Assembly (NCBI GenBank): GCA_964016885.1
Contig: OZ024742.1
Coordinates: 351,602,001-351,666,000, forward strand
DNA from: Eledone cirrhosa
Lineage: Eukaryota
DNA: 64,000 nucleotides
Direction: 5' to 3'
In this document: one piece after another, positions 11,558 to 24,802 of the stretch
Layout of the letters: each line of letters opens with the position of its first letter
Numbering within the stretch: the stretch's first letter is position 1
The notes under the pieces: generated by a model
The model's input: the letters and a program-made list of their open reading frames with translations, nothing else
Told to the model about the DNA's origin: nothing
Databases searched by the model: none
Translations under genes and position numbers: made by a program

Positions 11558-12772
11558 ATGATCTACACCCAAAATGAGGGAGCAGCCATTGGCGTCAGCA
11601 TAGCGGGTGATGTTGCCAACCTTTTCATGGTATGGTGGGAAAGGAGACTTAAAGATCTCCTTAATGAGAGCTCTATAGACCTCATCATGTACTCTCGTTA
11701 TGTAGACGATATCAATATAGATATAAGAACATCCCCACTAGAAAGCACTAACAAGTTTGTTTTAGAACGTAGCACGATGGAAAGCATCCAGCAGATAGCT
11801 AATTCCATACACAAGAGTATAACTGTAACTATCGACTTCCCTTCCAAACACCCTAACAATAGACTACCTGTATTAGACACAGAACTCTGGATTAACACTA
11901 TAGACGAGAGAGCCCAAATTCTCCACTCACACTATGCTAAACCCATGGCCTCCAAATACCTGATACTCAAAAACTCAGCAATGTCCAGTAGTGATAAGTT
12001 TAATATTCTGATCGCAGATTTGGTACGAGTGATGAAGAATGTGTCCCGCATGTGTGACCCAACAGAAATAGAAAGACACATCCAACACTTCATCAACCGC
12101 ATGCAGTTCTCTGGCTACAACCAAAGAGACAGAGTTAGAGCATACGAAGGAGCCATGGAGAAGTATAAGACCCTCATAGAACTGGACATGAAAGGAATTA
12201 GCCCATTATACAGGAGCAAATCATGGAATAGCTTAGATAGGGCTAGACATAAGATAGGGAAAGCCACCTCATGGTACGAAAACCAGAGATACGAGAGTGT
12301 CATGTTTCTGGACGCTACCCCCGGAGGGGAATTAGCTAACCAGTGTAGAAAGGCCTTGAGAATGACCCACTTAAAAATTAAGGTGGTAGAAAAGCCAGGA
12401 ACCACCATAAAATCCCTGATCAGCAAAACCTACCCTTTTAAGAAAACCCATTGTACCAATAGGAAGTGTGTCATATGTAAGGTAAACCCCCGGATAAACT
12501 GTAAAACTAGAAACGTAGTCTATAGCATAAGATGTACAGAGGGTACTTGCAGAAACATGACAACAACATACATAGGCGAGACAGCTCGTAGCATAGGTGA
12601 AAGGATAGACAAACACTGGGGGGAACTAAAAGGACGAATAAATGTGTCAGTACTATACGAACATGCTAGACAACAAGATGACGGTAACATAGACAACATA
12701 GAAATTAGAATAATATTTAAACATAGAAATGACCCAGCAGATAGGCAAATGAGAGAGGCCAGTGAAATATAA
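11558..12772 (+). pseudogene. PLE reverse transcriptase (3' part) plus GIY-YIG endonuclease
   Basis: GAAIGVSIAGDVANLFM, YSRYVDD, LPVLDT, Cys-rich linker, NVVYSIRC..YIGETARSIGER; premature stop shortly before the PRLN end. Confidence 0.92.
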
Positions 12773-13095
12773 ATTAGAAGGCCAAGACTAAACAGAAAGA
12801 ATGAATGGAATAACAACAACACCCAAACAAACAACACTGACCTTAGAGAAGTATAAATAAGTAAATAAAATAAAATAAATAAATAAATAAATACATACAC
12901 AAACACAATAACAACAAGCACATAAACACGCACTAGTCACCCACCACACATCAAACAAAACACTATACACACACGCAAAGCATGCGCAAAGAAGACAAAA
13001 TAAAATAAACAAACAAGCAAATAAATAAATAAATATATAGACAGACTGAATAAAAATGGTTTAGACATATAATACAACAGGAGGAAACGATAACA

Positions 13096-13130
13096 CCACT
13101 GACGATGTTGCAGATGTGCAACGAAAGATT
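13096..13130 (+). ncRNA. Partial hammerhead motif in the PLE1 3' UTR
   Basis: CCA-CUGACGA-U-GUUGCA(gaug)UGCAAC-GAAA; the 3' strand of stem I is missing. Confidence 0.55.
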
Positions 13131-13437
13131 AATTATAAACTATATATATGTGTTTGTGTCTATATTGTATCTGTATTATTTTTGACCGTCGGCCAGTCAA
13201 TAGCAACATTGAGGCCCGAGTAAGTTAAATTACCGATATAAAAGACACAGAAGCGAGAAGCGAAAACCCCAAAAAACAACCAAACAGTGGGTGTGTTCTG
13301 TTATTAATTCTGGCAATATTACACAAATATGACCCTCCCCAAGTATAACAATATATATTTACATACATATATAAGTGTGTGTTTATCTATATGTACTTCT
13401 CTCTCACTACACACACACACATATATACACACACACG

Positions 13438-13495
<58 letters not shown>

Positions 13496-13502
13496 ACACA
13501 CC

Positions 13503-13560
<58 letters not shown>

Positions 13561-14271
13561 ATTGTGTCTAAGTGTCTATTTCAATTATTTCTTTGCAACG
13601 AATTAGAATTGTAAGGTTTGCGTAGTATCGTAAACACTTCCATCTTGAAATAACAGCTGCATGGAATTGAAATAACATCAACGTCATATATAACAACAAT
13701 GATAACAAAAGGAGCATTTTTAAAGAGTATTATTTAAGCAGATGTTTAGACACTCTATATGAATATTGGATTAGGAAATAAAGTGAACAAATTGAGAAAA
13801 ATGAAAGATGAATGAATGAGATGAACAGAAATAGGTAACTAAAAATGCTGGATATTGAGAAAAATTATAGAAATGAATGAAATATATATAAACGAATTTT
13901 GATAATAAATTAATTTTAAACATTCACGTTTCATTAATAATAGAAAGAAATTAAAAGTAATTTAAAAATACAATATTTCCTCATATATAAAACAGAAAGC
14001 AATTAAAAAGTGATTATCATTAAGATAACTAAAAAACAAAATACAAACTGTGCTAATTATGATGTTGATGATGATTACACTGGCTTATTTTATTGTTTTT
14101 ATTCATGTCAATCTTCTTGTTTTTCATTCCAACCTTCATCAACATTATCTTTAACATCATAATCACCATAAACTTCATCATCATCATCAGTATTAGCATT
14201 CATATGGTCACCGTAACTGTCAGACCCGTACTCCTTCACCTCATCTGCATCCTCATCAACATCATCATAAG

Positions 14272-14457
14272 TGTTTCTACTTTTGGCACAAGGCCAGCAA
14301 TTACTCAGTATATTACTTGTACTTTATTTTATCAACCCCCGTAAGGATGAAAGGCAAAGTTAACCTCGGCGGGATTTGAACTCAGAACGTAAAGGGACGT
14401 AACTATGCTAGAAAGCATGGCATCCAACCCTCTACCGATGCTGCTAAATTCACCGTC
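14272..14457 (-). mobile_element. SINE family A
   Basis: Reverse-complement full-length copy. Confidence 0.9.
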
Positions 14458-14512
14458 CTCATCAACATCATCATAATGATCATCTTAATCATCATCATTT
14501 TTATTATCATTT

Positions 14513-14657
14513 TGCAGCAAAGAGTTACGTCCCTTTACAATGTCATTTCAAATGCCGTTGAGGTCAACTTTGTCTTTCATCCTTACGGGTTCGATAAAAT
14601 AAAGTACCAGTAATGCACTGGATAATTGATGGCCTTGTGCCAAAAGTAGAAACAATT
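14513..14657 (+). mobile_element. SINE family A, 5'-truncated
   Basis: Core and 3' end; inverted relative to the preceding copy. Confidence 0.85.
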
Positions 14658-15039
14658 ATCATCTTGTGTACACCTGTCATTGTACGTGATTATCTAGCCT
14701 GCAAGCAATAACAACTATACCTCGCTTAAATGATATTCAACCCTCCCAGTTATCTCAAGTATAAATATATAATATAATACTATACACCCCATCACAATAC
14801 GATGATGACAGTTGTAATGGTCTTGATCAAAGGTTATATATTGTTATATACATCGTTATAATGGCAGTAAGATTTTGTGAAAGTTTGTCATGATTAGGGG
14901 ACGAATTGTTGAATAGTTGAATATGATGATATATCATATATTTGAGAAAGGAATCCCTCGGCCAAGACAATTTAATATAAAAATAATTTAAGATAAAATA
15001 TTGTTATTATTATAAAACAGAATATCTTGAAATATGATA

Positions 15040-15310
15040 ATGTTGATGAGCAGGCGATGATGATGATTATAATGCTTATGGTGCTTTTAATGTTGATGGT
15101 GATACTGTTGCTGCAGATGATGATGATGATGATGCTGGTGATGATGATGATGATGATGACGTTGATGGTGATGATGATGATGGTGATGATGATGGTGATG
15201 ATGATGATGATGATGATGATGATGTTGATGGTGATGGTGATGATGATGATGATGACATTGATGGCGAAGAGCGTGATGACGGACGTGATGAGGAAGATTA
15301 TGATGACAAT
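15040..15310. repeat. (ATG)n imperfect microsatellite
   Basis: GAT repeats; explains the poly-Met ORF. Confidence 0.95.
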
Positions 15311-15807
15311 GTTGATGCCGATAATTAGGAAGGTGCGGTTAGATGATAACGGTTTTGAGAATTATGACGACACTTACCATGAAGATAACAAGGAACATGA
15401 CATAAACAACAAACACAACAAGGATTAGCATGATGGAAATTACGACGAATGGAGTTTGTGTTGGAAAGTGTAATGATGGGAAAGTCTCGCGAAAATGTCA
15501 TTGATACTATTGCTAATGATTAAGATAAAAATATAAGGTAATGAAAACATCCGTAGAGAATGGCCAGATAATTGGAGCTTAAAATAATTGGCTTTACGGA
15601 ATCTTCTTGGTTTACTGTGTAGTCGATTTGAATAATTATTTCAGTGTGATAGACGGAGGAAATGAGTGTGTATGGACCACACCGTGAAAATAGGAATAAT
15701 CTAATATTGTAACATATATGTTAAAGACATGTTACCACAGTCAACAACATATGTTTTTGTATTAGCATAATCTTAGAAATTATAACAGAATTAAACAATA
15801 ACAATGC

Positions 15808-15990
15808 TGGATTAGCAGTATCGATAGAGGGTCGGGCGCCATGCGTTGACGCATAGAGTTCTTTCCTTTCCATCCTGACTTCAAATCCCGCCGAGGTTAA
15901 CTTTGCCTTTCATCCTTATGGAGTCGATAAAATAAAGTACCAGTAATTCACAGGTTTATTGCTGGCCTTGTGCCAAAAGTAGAAATAATT
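15808..15990 (+). mobile_element. SINE family A
   Basis: Consensus match. Confidence 0.88.
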
Positions 15991-16359
15991 ATCGATCTTT
16001 ATATAAATGAATCCGAGTCCAGATTTAATAAATTTGAATATATTTCCAATTTCCCTATCCATACCTTTGTCAATGTCTGGGTGTCCAGTTGTCTGTGACT
16101 ACTCTAGCTCGCACTATATTTCTGTCACCTGCTGGAGTTTTATTTTAATTTCCCCGCATTGATCACAAGGCACTGATTAAGATGCACAAAATTCTGTTTA
16201 TCTCAATGAAATTCCTGTTAAACAGAGCTCTAGCAATACTAGAGAATGGAACACTCAAGTCATTATTCCTGCAGTAGCTTTTAAAGGGAAAACATTTGTC
16301 TCTTACAACCAGTTGTTATATTATTTCATGTACAATATACACTATATAAACTAAAATAT

Positions 16360-16547
16360 AATTGTTTCTACTTCTGGCACAAGGCCAGCAATTACCCAGT
16401 GCATTACTGGGAATTTATTTTATCGACCCCGTAAGGATGAAAGGCAAAGTTAACTTGCGCGGGATTTAAACTCAGAACGTAAAATGGCCGTATCTCTATG
16501 CTGTAAAGCATGATGTCTGACGCTCTACCGATACTACCAATTCACCA
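16360..16547 (-). mobile_element. SINE family A
   Basis: Reverse-complement consensus match. Confidence 0.88.
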
Positions 16548-16575
16548 TATTAAACTATAATGTAATGGAGATATC

Positions 16576-18865
16576 ATGGGTGATGTCTCGACCGCAGTCA
16601 GAGTTGTTGCCTCAGAGGACACTGTCCTCCAACCCACTGAGGAGACCCTGGCTGCTCTGCGGCTCAAACACCGTGAGCCACCCACTGATCTCAGACCCAT
16701 ACCCCCACCCGACTCCCACCTGCTCCTTGTGGCTACTGATGCAGATATCATGTCCTTCCCAGCTAGCAGCTGCGGAGGTGTTGATGGTCTCCGACCAGGC
16801 CACCTCAGGGAGTTGACGTCCCCCCTCTCCGCTGAGGCCGGGCGCCGCCTTCTGAGTGCAATTGTGGCACACACCAATAGGCTCATTCATGGTGCCCTCG
16901 ACTCTTACGCCCGAGGCCTCTTTTTTTCGGCCAGCCTCACCGCTCTCAGGAAGAAAGAGGTTAGCATACGCCCAATTGCTGTGGGCAATGTCTTCCGGAG
17001 GCTCGCTGCCAAGGCGATCTGCAAGTCCGTCACACACGAACTGGGTGAGGAGTTTAGTCCGGTGCGACTGGGTGTCGGCGTGTCGGATGGCTGTGAGGGA
17101 GCCTCTCATGCAATCAGGCAGTTCTTCAGCAGCTGCCCGTCGGTACCCGCATCCAGTGACTCCAGGCACCTCATTGTTAAGCCTGACATGGGGGATGCCT
17201 TTAACTCTTTACGCCGGGATCATCTGCTCGAGGCCTGCCTCAGCCAAGCCACCTCTGCCTACCCGCTGGCCTACCTGTCATATGGAGCCCCGAGCATGCT
17301 CCTAGATGCTGATACGGTCATACCCTCAGCTACTGGGTTCCAACAGAGCAACCCTTTGGGTCTCCTCCTGTTCGCCCTTGGTATTGACCACATGACCCGG
17401 AGTATCATGGCCCCTCTCAACGTTTGGTATCTGGATTATGCTACGTTGGGACGGTCTGCCAATACCTTCAATCGGTGATTCCTGCCCTACGGGAATCGGC
17501 CTCCATGTCAACTCGGCCAAGTCGGAGGTGGTTAACGTAAGCCGCGATTTTGTGAGCTTCGCAGCCTCCCTCTTGGACGTCCTCATCTTCGGGTCACCGA
17601 TCCACCCGACAGCCATCCGCTCCACCATCAGGTCCACGCTTCAACAGCTCCAGACTCTCACGATCCGACTGGGCTTGATTGGCAGCCACCCAGCTCTCTT
17701 TCTACTGAGGAACTAACTCGCCATGCCGAAGCTCTTCTATACACTCCGCAGCGCTCCATGCTACACCCATACATCTCTCCTCGCTGACAACGATATTTGT
17801 ATCCTAGCAGTCAAGTTTGACGACATAGGGTGGCAACAGGCCACTTTACTGGTCAGGTAGGGCGGCCTAGGCCTCCGATCCCCGATCTCACAAGCTTTGC
17901 TGGCGTATCTTTCGTCGGTAACCTCGTGCCGCGTCCTCGTCAGGAGGGTTCTTCAAAACACAACAGAACGCTCAGTGGTCAGAGAACGTGAGACCGCCTG
18001 TGAAACGTGGGACCGGCTGGGACTTAGCCCAGTAGACGTCCCTCCTCCTCTCCCTGGTGACGTCATGTCCCCCCAACGCACTTGGGATGCCATCCAGTGC
18101 AGCCTGGCCTCAGACAGGCTCACGTGCCAGCTCGACCAGCATGGCCTTGCTTGTTTGCGCGCGGCGTCTAAACCCCACAGTGGTGCCTGGCTCCATGCTC
18201 TGCGCTCCTCAACTGGCACGCAGCTAGACAACCATAGCCTGCGAATCGGCGTTTCCCTGTGGCTCGGCCTCCGGATCTGCCAGTTACTCCAACGTCGCTG
18301 CGGTTCCACCGTGGACTCTTTCGGTCTCCACCCGCTTTCCTGTCGCCACAGTGCCGGCCACATTCCACGCCATACTGCCCTCAACGAGGACATTAAGCAT
18401 GGCTTGGATGCTGCAGGCTTCCCTTCTCAGCTCGATATGGTGGAGCAGGATCGAGGGGACGGCAAAAGGCCAGATGACAAGACCATCTTCCTGTTCCGCG
18501 GTGGCAAACCCCTCGTCTGGGATGCCACTTGCACCGACACTTTCTGCAGCTGCAATCTGGTGCAGTCTGCGACTGACCCAGGTTATTCTGCACGTCGGGC
18601 TGAGGGGGCCAAACTCCTCAAATACCGGTCGCTCTCCGACAGGTTTGCGGTCGTTCTCCTGGCAGTGGAAACTCCTGGTGTCCTCGGCCCCAGGTCTACC
18701 TCGTTACTCACCACCATAGGCGCTGAGCTAACCAGCCGTAGGTTTGAGCCCCGCGAGTTGGAGTGGCTTTTCCAGCGGGTCTCCCTTGCCGTCTTCCGGG
18801 GTAACGCCTTCACCATTCTGTCTGCCGGGGTTCTGGGTGTGCCCCATCGCGTACCATTACATTAG
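16576..18865 (+). mobile_element. CRE-like non-LTR retrotransposon (RT plus restriction-like endonuclease), 5'-truncated and frameshifted
   Basis: SIRPIAVGNVFRRLAAK, LGVGVSDGCE, DAFNSLRRD, GFQQSNPLG, WYLDY; C-terminal CGSTVDSFGLHPLSC..RH, RPDD..LVWDATCTDT, ETPGVLG, QRVSLAVFRGN; GC-rich against the background. Confidence 0.88.
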
Positions 18866-20079
18866 TGAAATACCATTCTTTCATCTTAAAGAATAACCGT
18901 ACTTTTACACTATTACAGACTATGTTCTCATTCTTTGTGCCAAACGCTGGAGATATGTTATGTGTCACAAGAAAACTCTTTCAACTCAAATGTTGTAATT
19001 TCAAAGCAACAATGTTCTGGCAGCTAAGCACACGATAATCATGTAAATATGTTTGAATTAATATCGATGATTGTTTGAATTAATATAGATAATTCTGAAA
19101 AATTGTCTTAAGTGCATATTATTTTTATTTTCTAGGGGAAGAGTGAGTATAGACTCTGCAAATATAAGTACTTAGTCTATAAAAAATGTGCAGCCTTAAT
19201 CATTAACATTTAATCCTAAGAGAATAGGATATGTCAGCTTCGATTCTATACAAATTATGAACTGAGACTCAAGGGACGTTTGCAATAAACACTAAACACT
19301 TAATTGAGTAAATTTAGCACTCGGCTAGAAACTCGGCCTCAGCTTAAAAATCTCTAAGCTTGTTAGGTTATCTATAAAATTATCTAATTTAGATGGTTTA
19401 TTTACAATTATTTTCGTTAATTTCTATTCTGAATTGGCAGTAAATATTCTAGCATTCGTGCCGACGTTAATCTTGTCAGTTCGGCCTCGTATTTAGACCT
19501 CGTTAACAGAATAGTTAGAAATGATTTAATGTTCTATTTTATTGCGTGTAAAGAGGACATTTCCACTGTACAATAATTATAGAGATAGAGAGAAGGAAAA
19601 GTGAAAATGTAACTACATGCTGTCATGCGCACTGTTATCCCCCACAATCTTGATTTATAACGTGATACATTACACGGACTTATGTCATCAAATCTTCGGT
19701 ATTCATTAAAGTACAGTTAATCACCATTTAACATCCATTCAGTTAAAATGGCTTTGTTATAGCTTAGATTGGAAATAACTTTAATTTACTTCTATCAAAA
19801 GATATAGTAAAGGATAGAAGAAAAAAGGCGCCAAAATGAGTTATTTTGAACATGTTATCGATTACATTACGATACCATCAGGATATATTTGTTGCGTGTA
19901 TATATATATGTGTATATATATATATGTGTATATATATATGTTAATTAAATTATTGTTAACTGGAATATATCGAATCTACACATAATCCCAAATAGATAAA
20001 CGCATCAGATTTTACATACGGACATTTACACACACACACACATACACATTTATATATACATATATATATGTGTGGTCTT

Positions 20080-20124
<45 letters not shown>

Positions 20125-20125
<1 letters not shown>

Positions 20126-20266
20126 CGAGGGAAAAGTGGTAAGGAACCAGGTGGACCATAACGCACCAAAGTACTCAATACTTAGGGTAGTAGAGTGGGA
20201 AATAGGAGTAAGTAAGACCCCGACGGCTGAGCTCAAGCCGTTTCGACGGCTAATTCTGTACTGAAT
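20125..20266 (-). mobile_element. Family H terminal repeat
   Basis: Similar to 5451-5595; abuts (TA)n. Confidence 0.8.
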
Positions 20267-20765
20267 GAAAAATCAGTTCTGCCGGTCTTCTCTTATCATT
20301 TGTTAACCTTGGCGAAGCTGTGTACCTCAGCTAGTATAATATATTTTCTTAAACTGGTATGTTACGGGACATAAACGCAGAAGATTACACGAACGTAAAC
20401 ACATAAACAGGCACATGTATTTACATGTGAATTCGCTCCACTGATTATAATTATACTTGTCAAAAATAAATTGTTTTATGAATCCTCGATTCTTATCCCG
20501 TAGTCTGCTAAAACTGAAATGTTGTTAAAAAATAAACCTCATTTGGACATTATATGAGACTATCTTCTTCATAGGCTAACTTGGAACGAGTGATGCTAGA
20601 GCTGTGAAATACTGCAGGCAGATTAATTACAACTCTTTTTATTAAGAACTGCATTGCTTCCTTTCAGAAACTATGTTGAAAAATAAAATTCATTTTGGGT
20701 GTATTTTGATCAGCCCATGAGATTTTGAACCGTCATCTTTATATATATATACACCTCTATTCTTT

Positions 20766-20801
<36 letters not shown>

Positions 20802-22078
20802 ATACATACGTAATAATATTAAAGATCTATCAATGCGGCTGCATATTCTGAATTTTACACAAGTTCACAAATGTGTAAATTATGCTCACATTGATTGAAC
20901 CGAAACCATTTATCCATTCCTTTACTGATCGATTTTTTGTTTAAATATATGTAGGGTTAGCATATTACAAATTGCATTTAGTTTGGAAAAACGTTAGACT
21001 TTCCATTCTCTCTAGGCCGAAATAAATGGAAAAATTGTGATATAAAGAAGACAAGAAATATAGTATGATTTATAAACGTTATAAGCCTAGTGGTGTGTGT
21101 AGCATTCATAAACTTAGTTATCGATTGCGGATATCAATGTTTCCAAGGATTCCTGGTAACAGAGAAAGTAGATTTATTCTTTTGATCGCAGTTAAATTCC
21201 AATGGCTAAGCTATGAAATGGAATTTTCCGTGCGATAAGACTAACCTCACGATTGAATGTTCCAGTCGATTCCATGATGTGTTTCTTTGAAACCAGAGAA
21301 AAAAGAAATCATATCGTGGTATATTTAATCATATCTGCTGCAATGTAGGTTTTGGTTTGAATCTCCCAGGTGCAAAGATAAGTCAGACAGAATTATACCA
21401 CGTGAAGTTACATAGTTTGAGTTAATACTCTTATCATGAAAAGTATATATCATTTATGAAATAAATCAAAGGTTAGAAAATAAATGTAACCTCCTATGAT
21501 TTTTCTTATACAATAGCAGCTAGCATTGTTGGTGTGTTTGTAGCTATTACTCTGATGTTCCCCTCGATTACCTTTTATAAAAGTTGAGCAATTTTGCAGT
21601 AGTTAACCCGATCCAAATAATACATTTATTAACAATGCTGAATAATTAGTTTAGATAGATAAAACAGTTTTATTATTCGTTCATTCACCCATGTAATCAC
21701 TAAATGACCAGTATCCCGATCAATTGCTAGCTCTGTTACACTATGATCACAAGTACAGTTATATACGTCATATTATCATCACATTCATCATCATCATCAT
21801 GGTCCTCTAAACACCATTGGAGTCGTTGGTATACTGCAGTGTTGAACGCTGCAACAACTGCTTCCACCGGGCGGCCATGGGTGAGTTCTTGGCTTGTTAC
21901 ACAATTATTTTCCGTTCACTTAGCACGAGTCATATATCAAGATATAATCAATTTATTTATTATGTTAATGTCAATGCATTTTCGCGAAATATATATTTCA
22001 CACCTGCTATATCAGTAACGTTATAATACAAATATTAATATTAATCCGTTTGTGTAGGCAGATATGTTTTAAAACATA

Positions 22079-22258
22079 TGGCAGTGTCGGTAGAGGAGCG
22101 GACACCATGGTTTGACGCATATAGTTACGGCCCTTGCCATTCTGAGTTCAAATCCCGCCGAGGTTAACTTTGCCTTTCATCCTTACGGGGTCGATGAAAT
22201 GAAGTACCAGTAATACACTGATTTAATTGCTAGCCTTGTGCCAAAAGTAGAACCAATT
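22079..22258 (+). mobile_element. SINE family A
   Basis: Consensus match. Confidence 0.88.
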
Positions 22259-22261
22259 ATT

Positions 22262-22510
22262 ACTTAGATCACAGCTCCGATAGCATGGACATGTGGTTAG
22301 AATGTCTCAGGAAAGAATCACTGAACAGGTTTTACGGGCAAAACTAACGTGCATCTTGCACGAGGTCTGTCCCGTTTATGATGCTTGGATAACAACTGGA
22401 TCAGTTGGATATGGTTGTCTCTAACATGATCCACTGAAAGGAGTGAAGGAGTGTTTGAGGAATCTATCCCCAGGTCCCTCTGACCAATAAGTGGACGAAG
22501 AAGAAGAAAC
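22262..22510 (+). mobile_element. Decayed RTE 3' end
   Basis: RSQLR*HGHVVRMSQERITEQVL motif; (GAA)n tail. Confidence 0.7.
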
Positions 22511-23299
22511 GATTATTGAAATATAAGGAGGAAACCGTAAATGGGCATATATCCAATATAAATATTCATAGGTTTATGCCTGAAATCTTAAATGTGCATA
22601 TATTACATAAATTAGTGATACTTTTATAGAAGTTCCAATGATAATTGCATAGAAGTTATTGGTCCAGTTTCAAGAAGTAATCCTCCTCAAAACCACTGAA
22701 TAACACTTTCAAACTCTTTATGAAAATACCTCTTAACACTTATTTCTTATCTGTGCCCTTTCCTTAATTAAGCTATAAAGCATAATTTCCCAAATAAAAT
22801 AATTATATTTATTGCAATGCTTACACAAAATGTGTTAGATCGGCTTCTTTCTAATCAGACACTTGATTATATAAAAGAAATTAACAGAAATATTTTTCAA
22901 ATGGTGAATAGCTGCCATATGCAAACTAATGTTATTATGAGGAAATGCCAAATTCTCTTTTCGATTGTTTAATTGTGTGTAGCAGGAATCAGTCCAGACT
23001 TCCAACAAAATTATCGCCGTTTTCATAAGTTGAGCAAAATGAAACTCTAAAAAGTGTCGAATAATTATGTCACATATTTTCTACTCGATGATGCGCTATG
23101 GAAATTACTCCGAGCCACTGTCCTTTGATCTCTCTCCATATAACTGTCTGGCATGTATTTCACTTAAGATGTAATTAGTTACGTTGATTGCTCTAACGTT
23201 ATATTAGAAATAACTTTGGCGAATGCCGACGAAATATCAAAATAAGTGTTGCATGGTAATAAGAACTGATCAATTGACGACAAAATGAGACGACTCGGG

Positions 23300-23620
23300 A
23301 GAAAGGAAGCAAGCAAGCTTGAATGGAGTTTAATGTGTGTGATCAACAAAGCATGGATTAACTGAGAGAGAAACATGGTAAAAGAGGAAACATATGTAGT
23401 TGGCAAGAGATGAGAATGAGCTGATATGGACATGTGATGTGTATGGATGTTATTTACTGGGAGAAGATGTGTCACAAAATCATCGTGCAGGGAAGTGCAG
23501 TAGAGAAAAACCACGGAGCTCACATAGGTTATGATGAACGATCTCAAAAGTGGAGAGATGCTCTATGGAATAGACCCGTCCAAACCATGCAAGCAATGAA
23601 CAGTTACAGTAGAATGATGA
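23300..23620 (+). mobile_element. Decayed RTE 3' end
   Basis: Degenerate YGHVM.MD motif; (ATG)-rich tail. Confidence 0.55.
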
Positions 23621-24171
23621 TAATGGTGATTATGATGAGATATATGCAACGCGATTGTTGTACGTTCGGCATTAATTTATGGAATTAGGGGAAAAAGGTA
23701 ATATAACTTATTTTATACGTTTGTAAGCAAAGGTTACCTATAGTAATATTATGCCCATAAAAATGAATATTTTTGGAAATGATAATATCGATGTACCCCA
23801 AGCTTGCGATAATAATAGTTACTGAATCGTCCTAAATCATAAAGTGAGTTCATGTTAAACGTAAATATTTAAAACAGTAGTTGTCCAACTCTCCATTAAA
23901 TGTATTAGGTAAAGTTCCATTGTGTTTTGAAAACATTTTTATTTGATATATACTTTACGCATAATAAAAGCAGGGGTAGTGATTGACCGTCATTATCGAG
24001 GAAATAACCGAACAAATAATGGACTTTATATATATATATATATACTAGACCACTCACTTTTATTCCATTTGTATCCCCATTCAGGGGCAATTTCCTTTCA
24101 AAGTATTTTCCCATTATGCGCAGTTTTCGCTGTATTACATTACAGACAAGCACACAATCGCAGAGTTTTGA

Positions 24172-24301
<130 letters not shown>

Positions 24302-24554
24302 CATTGTATGAGGCAGTTAGTTTACTCTGTGATTCGAACAACTGTTCGGTTCAATGAGGAATTCGGATGCGAGAATATGTTGCTGGTAATTCTCAAATTA
24401 TTCAGTATAATGTAATCACTTTATGGCGACAGGAGAGTGTCCTAGAAAATGTTGTTCAGTGTTTGTTCGGGGAACTCTCTGAGCAAACCTTTCGGTTCTA
24501 TTCCTCCTATGATAATAATAACATAATAAAACACCAGCCCACATTTTGGGTTCG

Positions 24555-24802
<248 letters not shown>

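Larger units (their letters stand above)
11352..13353 (+). mobile_element. Penelope-like retroelement 1, 5'-truncated, with inverted segments at its 5' end
   Basis: RT plus GIY-YIG ORF; 11352-11430 is an inverted copy of 13271-13353, and about 11453-11554 is an inverted copy of about 11603-11705. Confidence 0.92.

Noticed and set aside
15027-15428. 133 aa Met-rich ORF
   Set aside because: (ATG)n microsatellite
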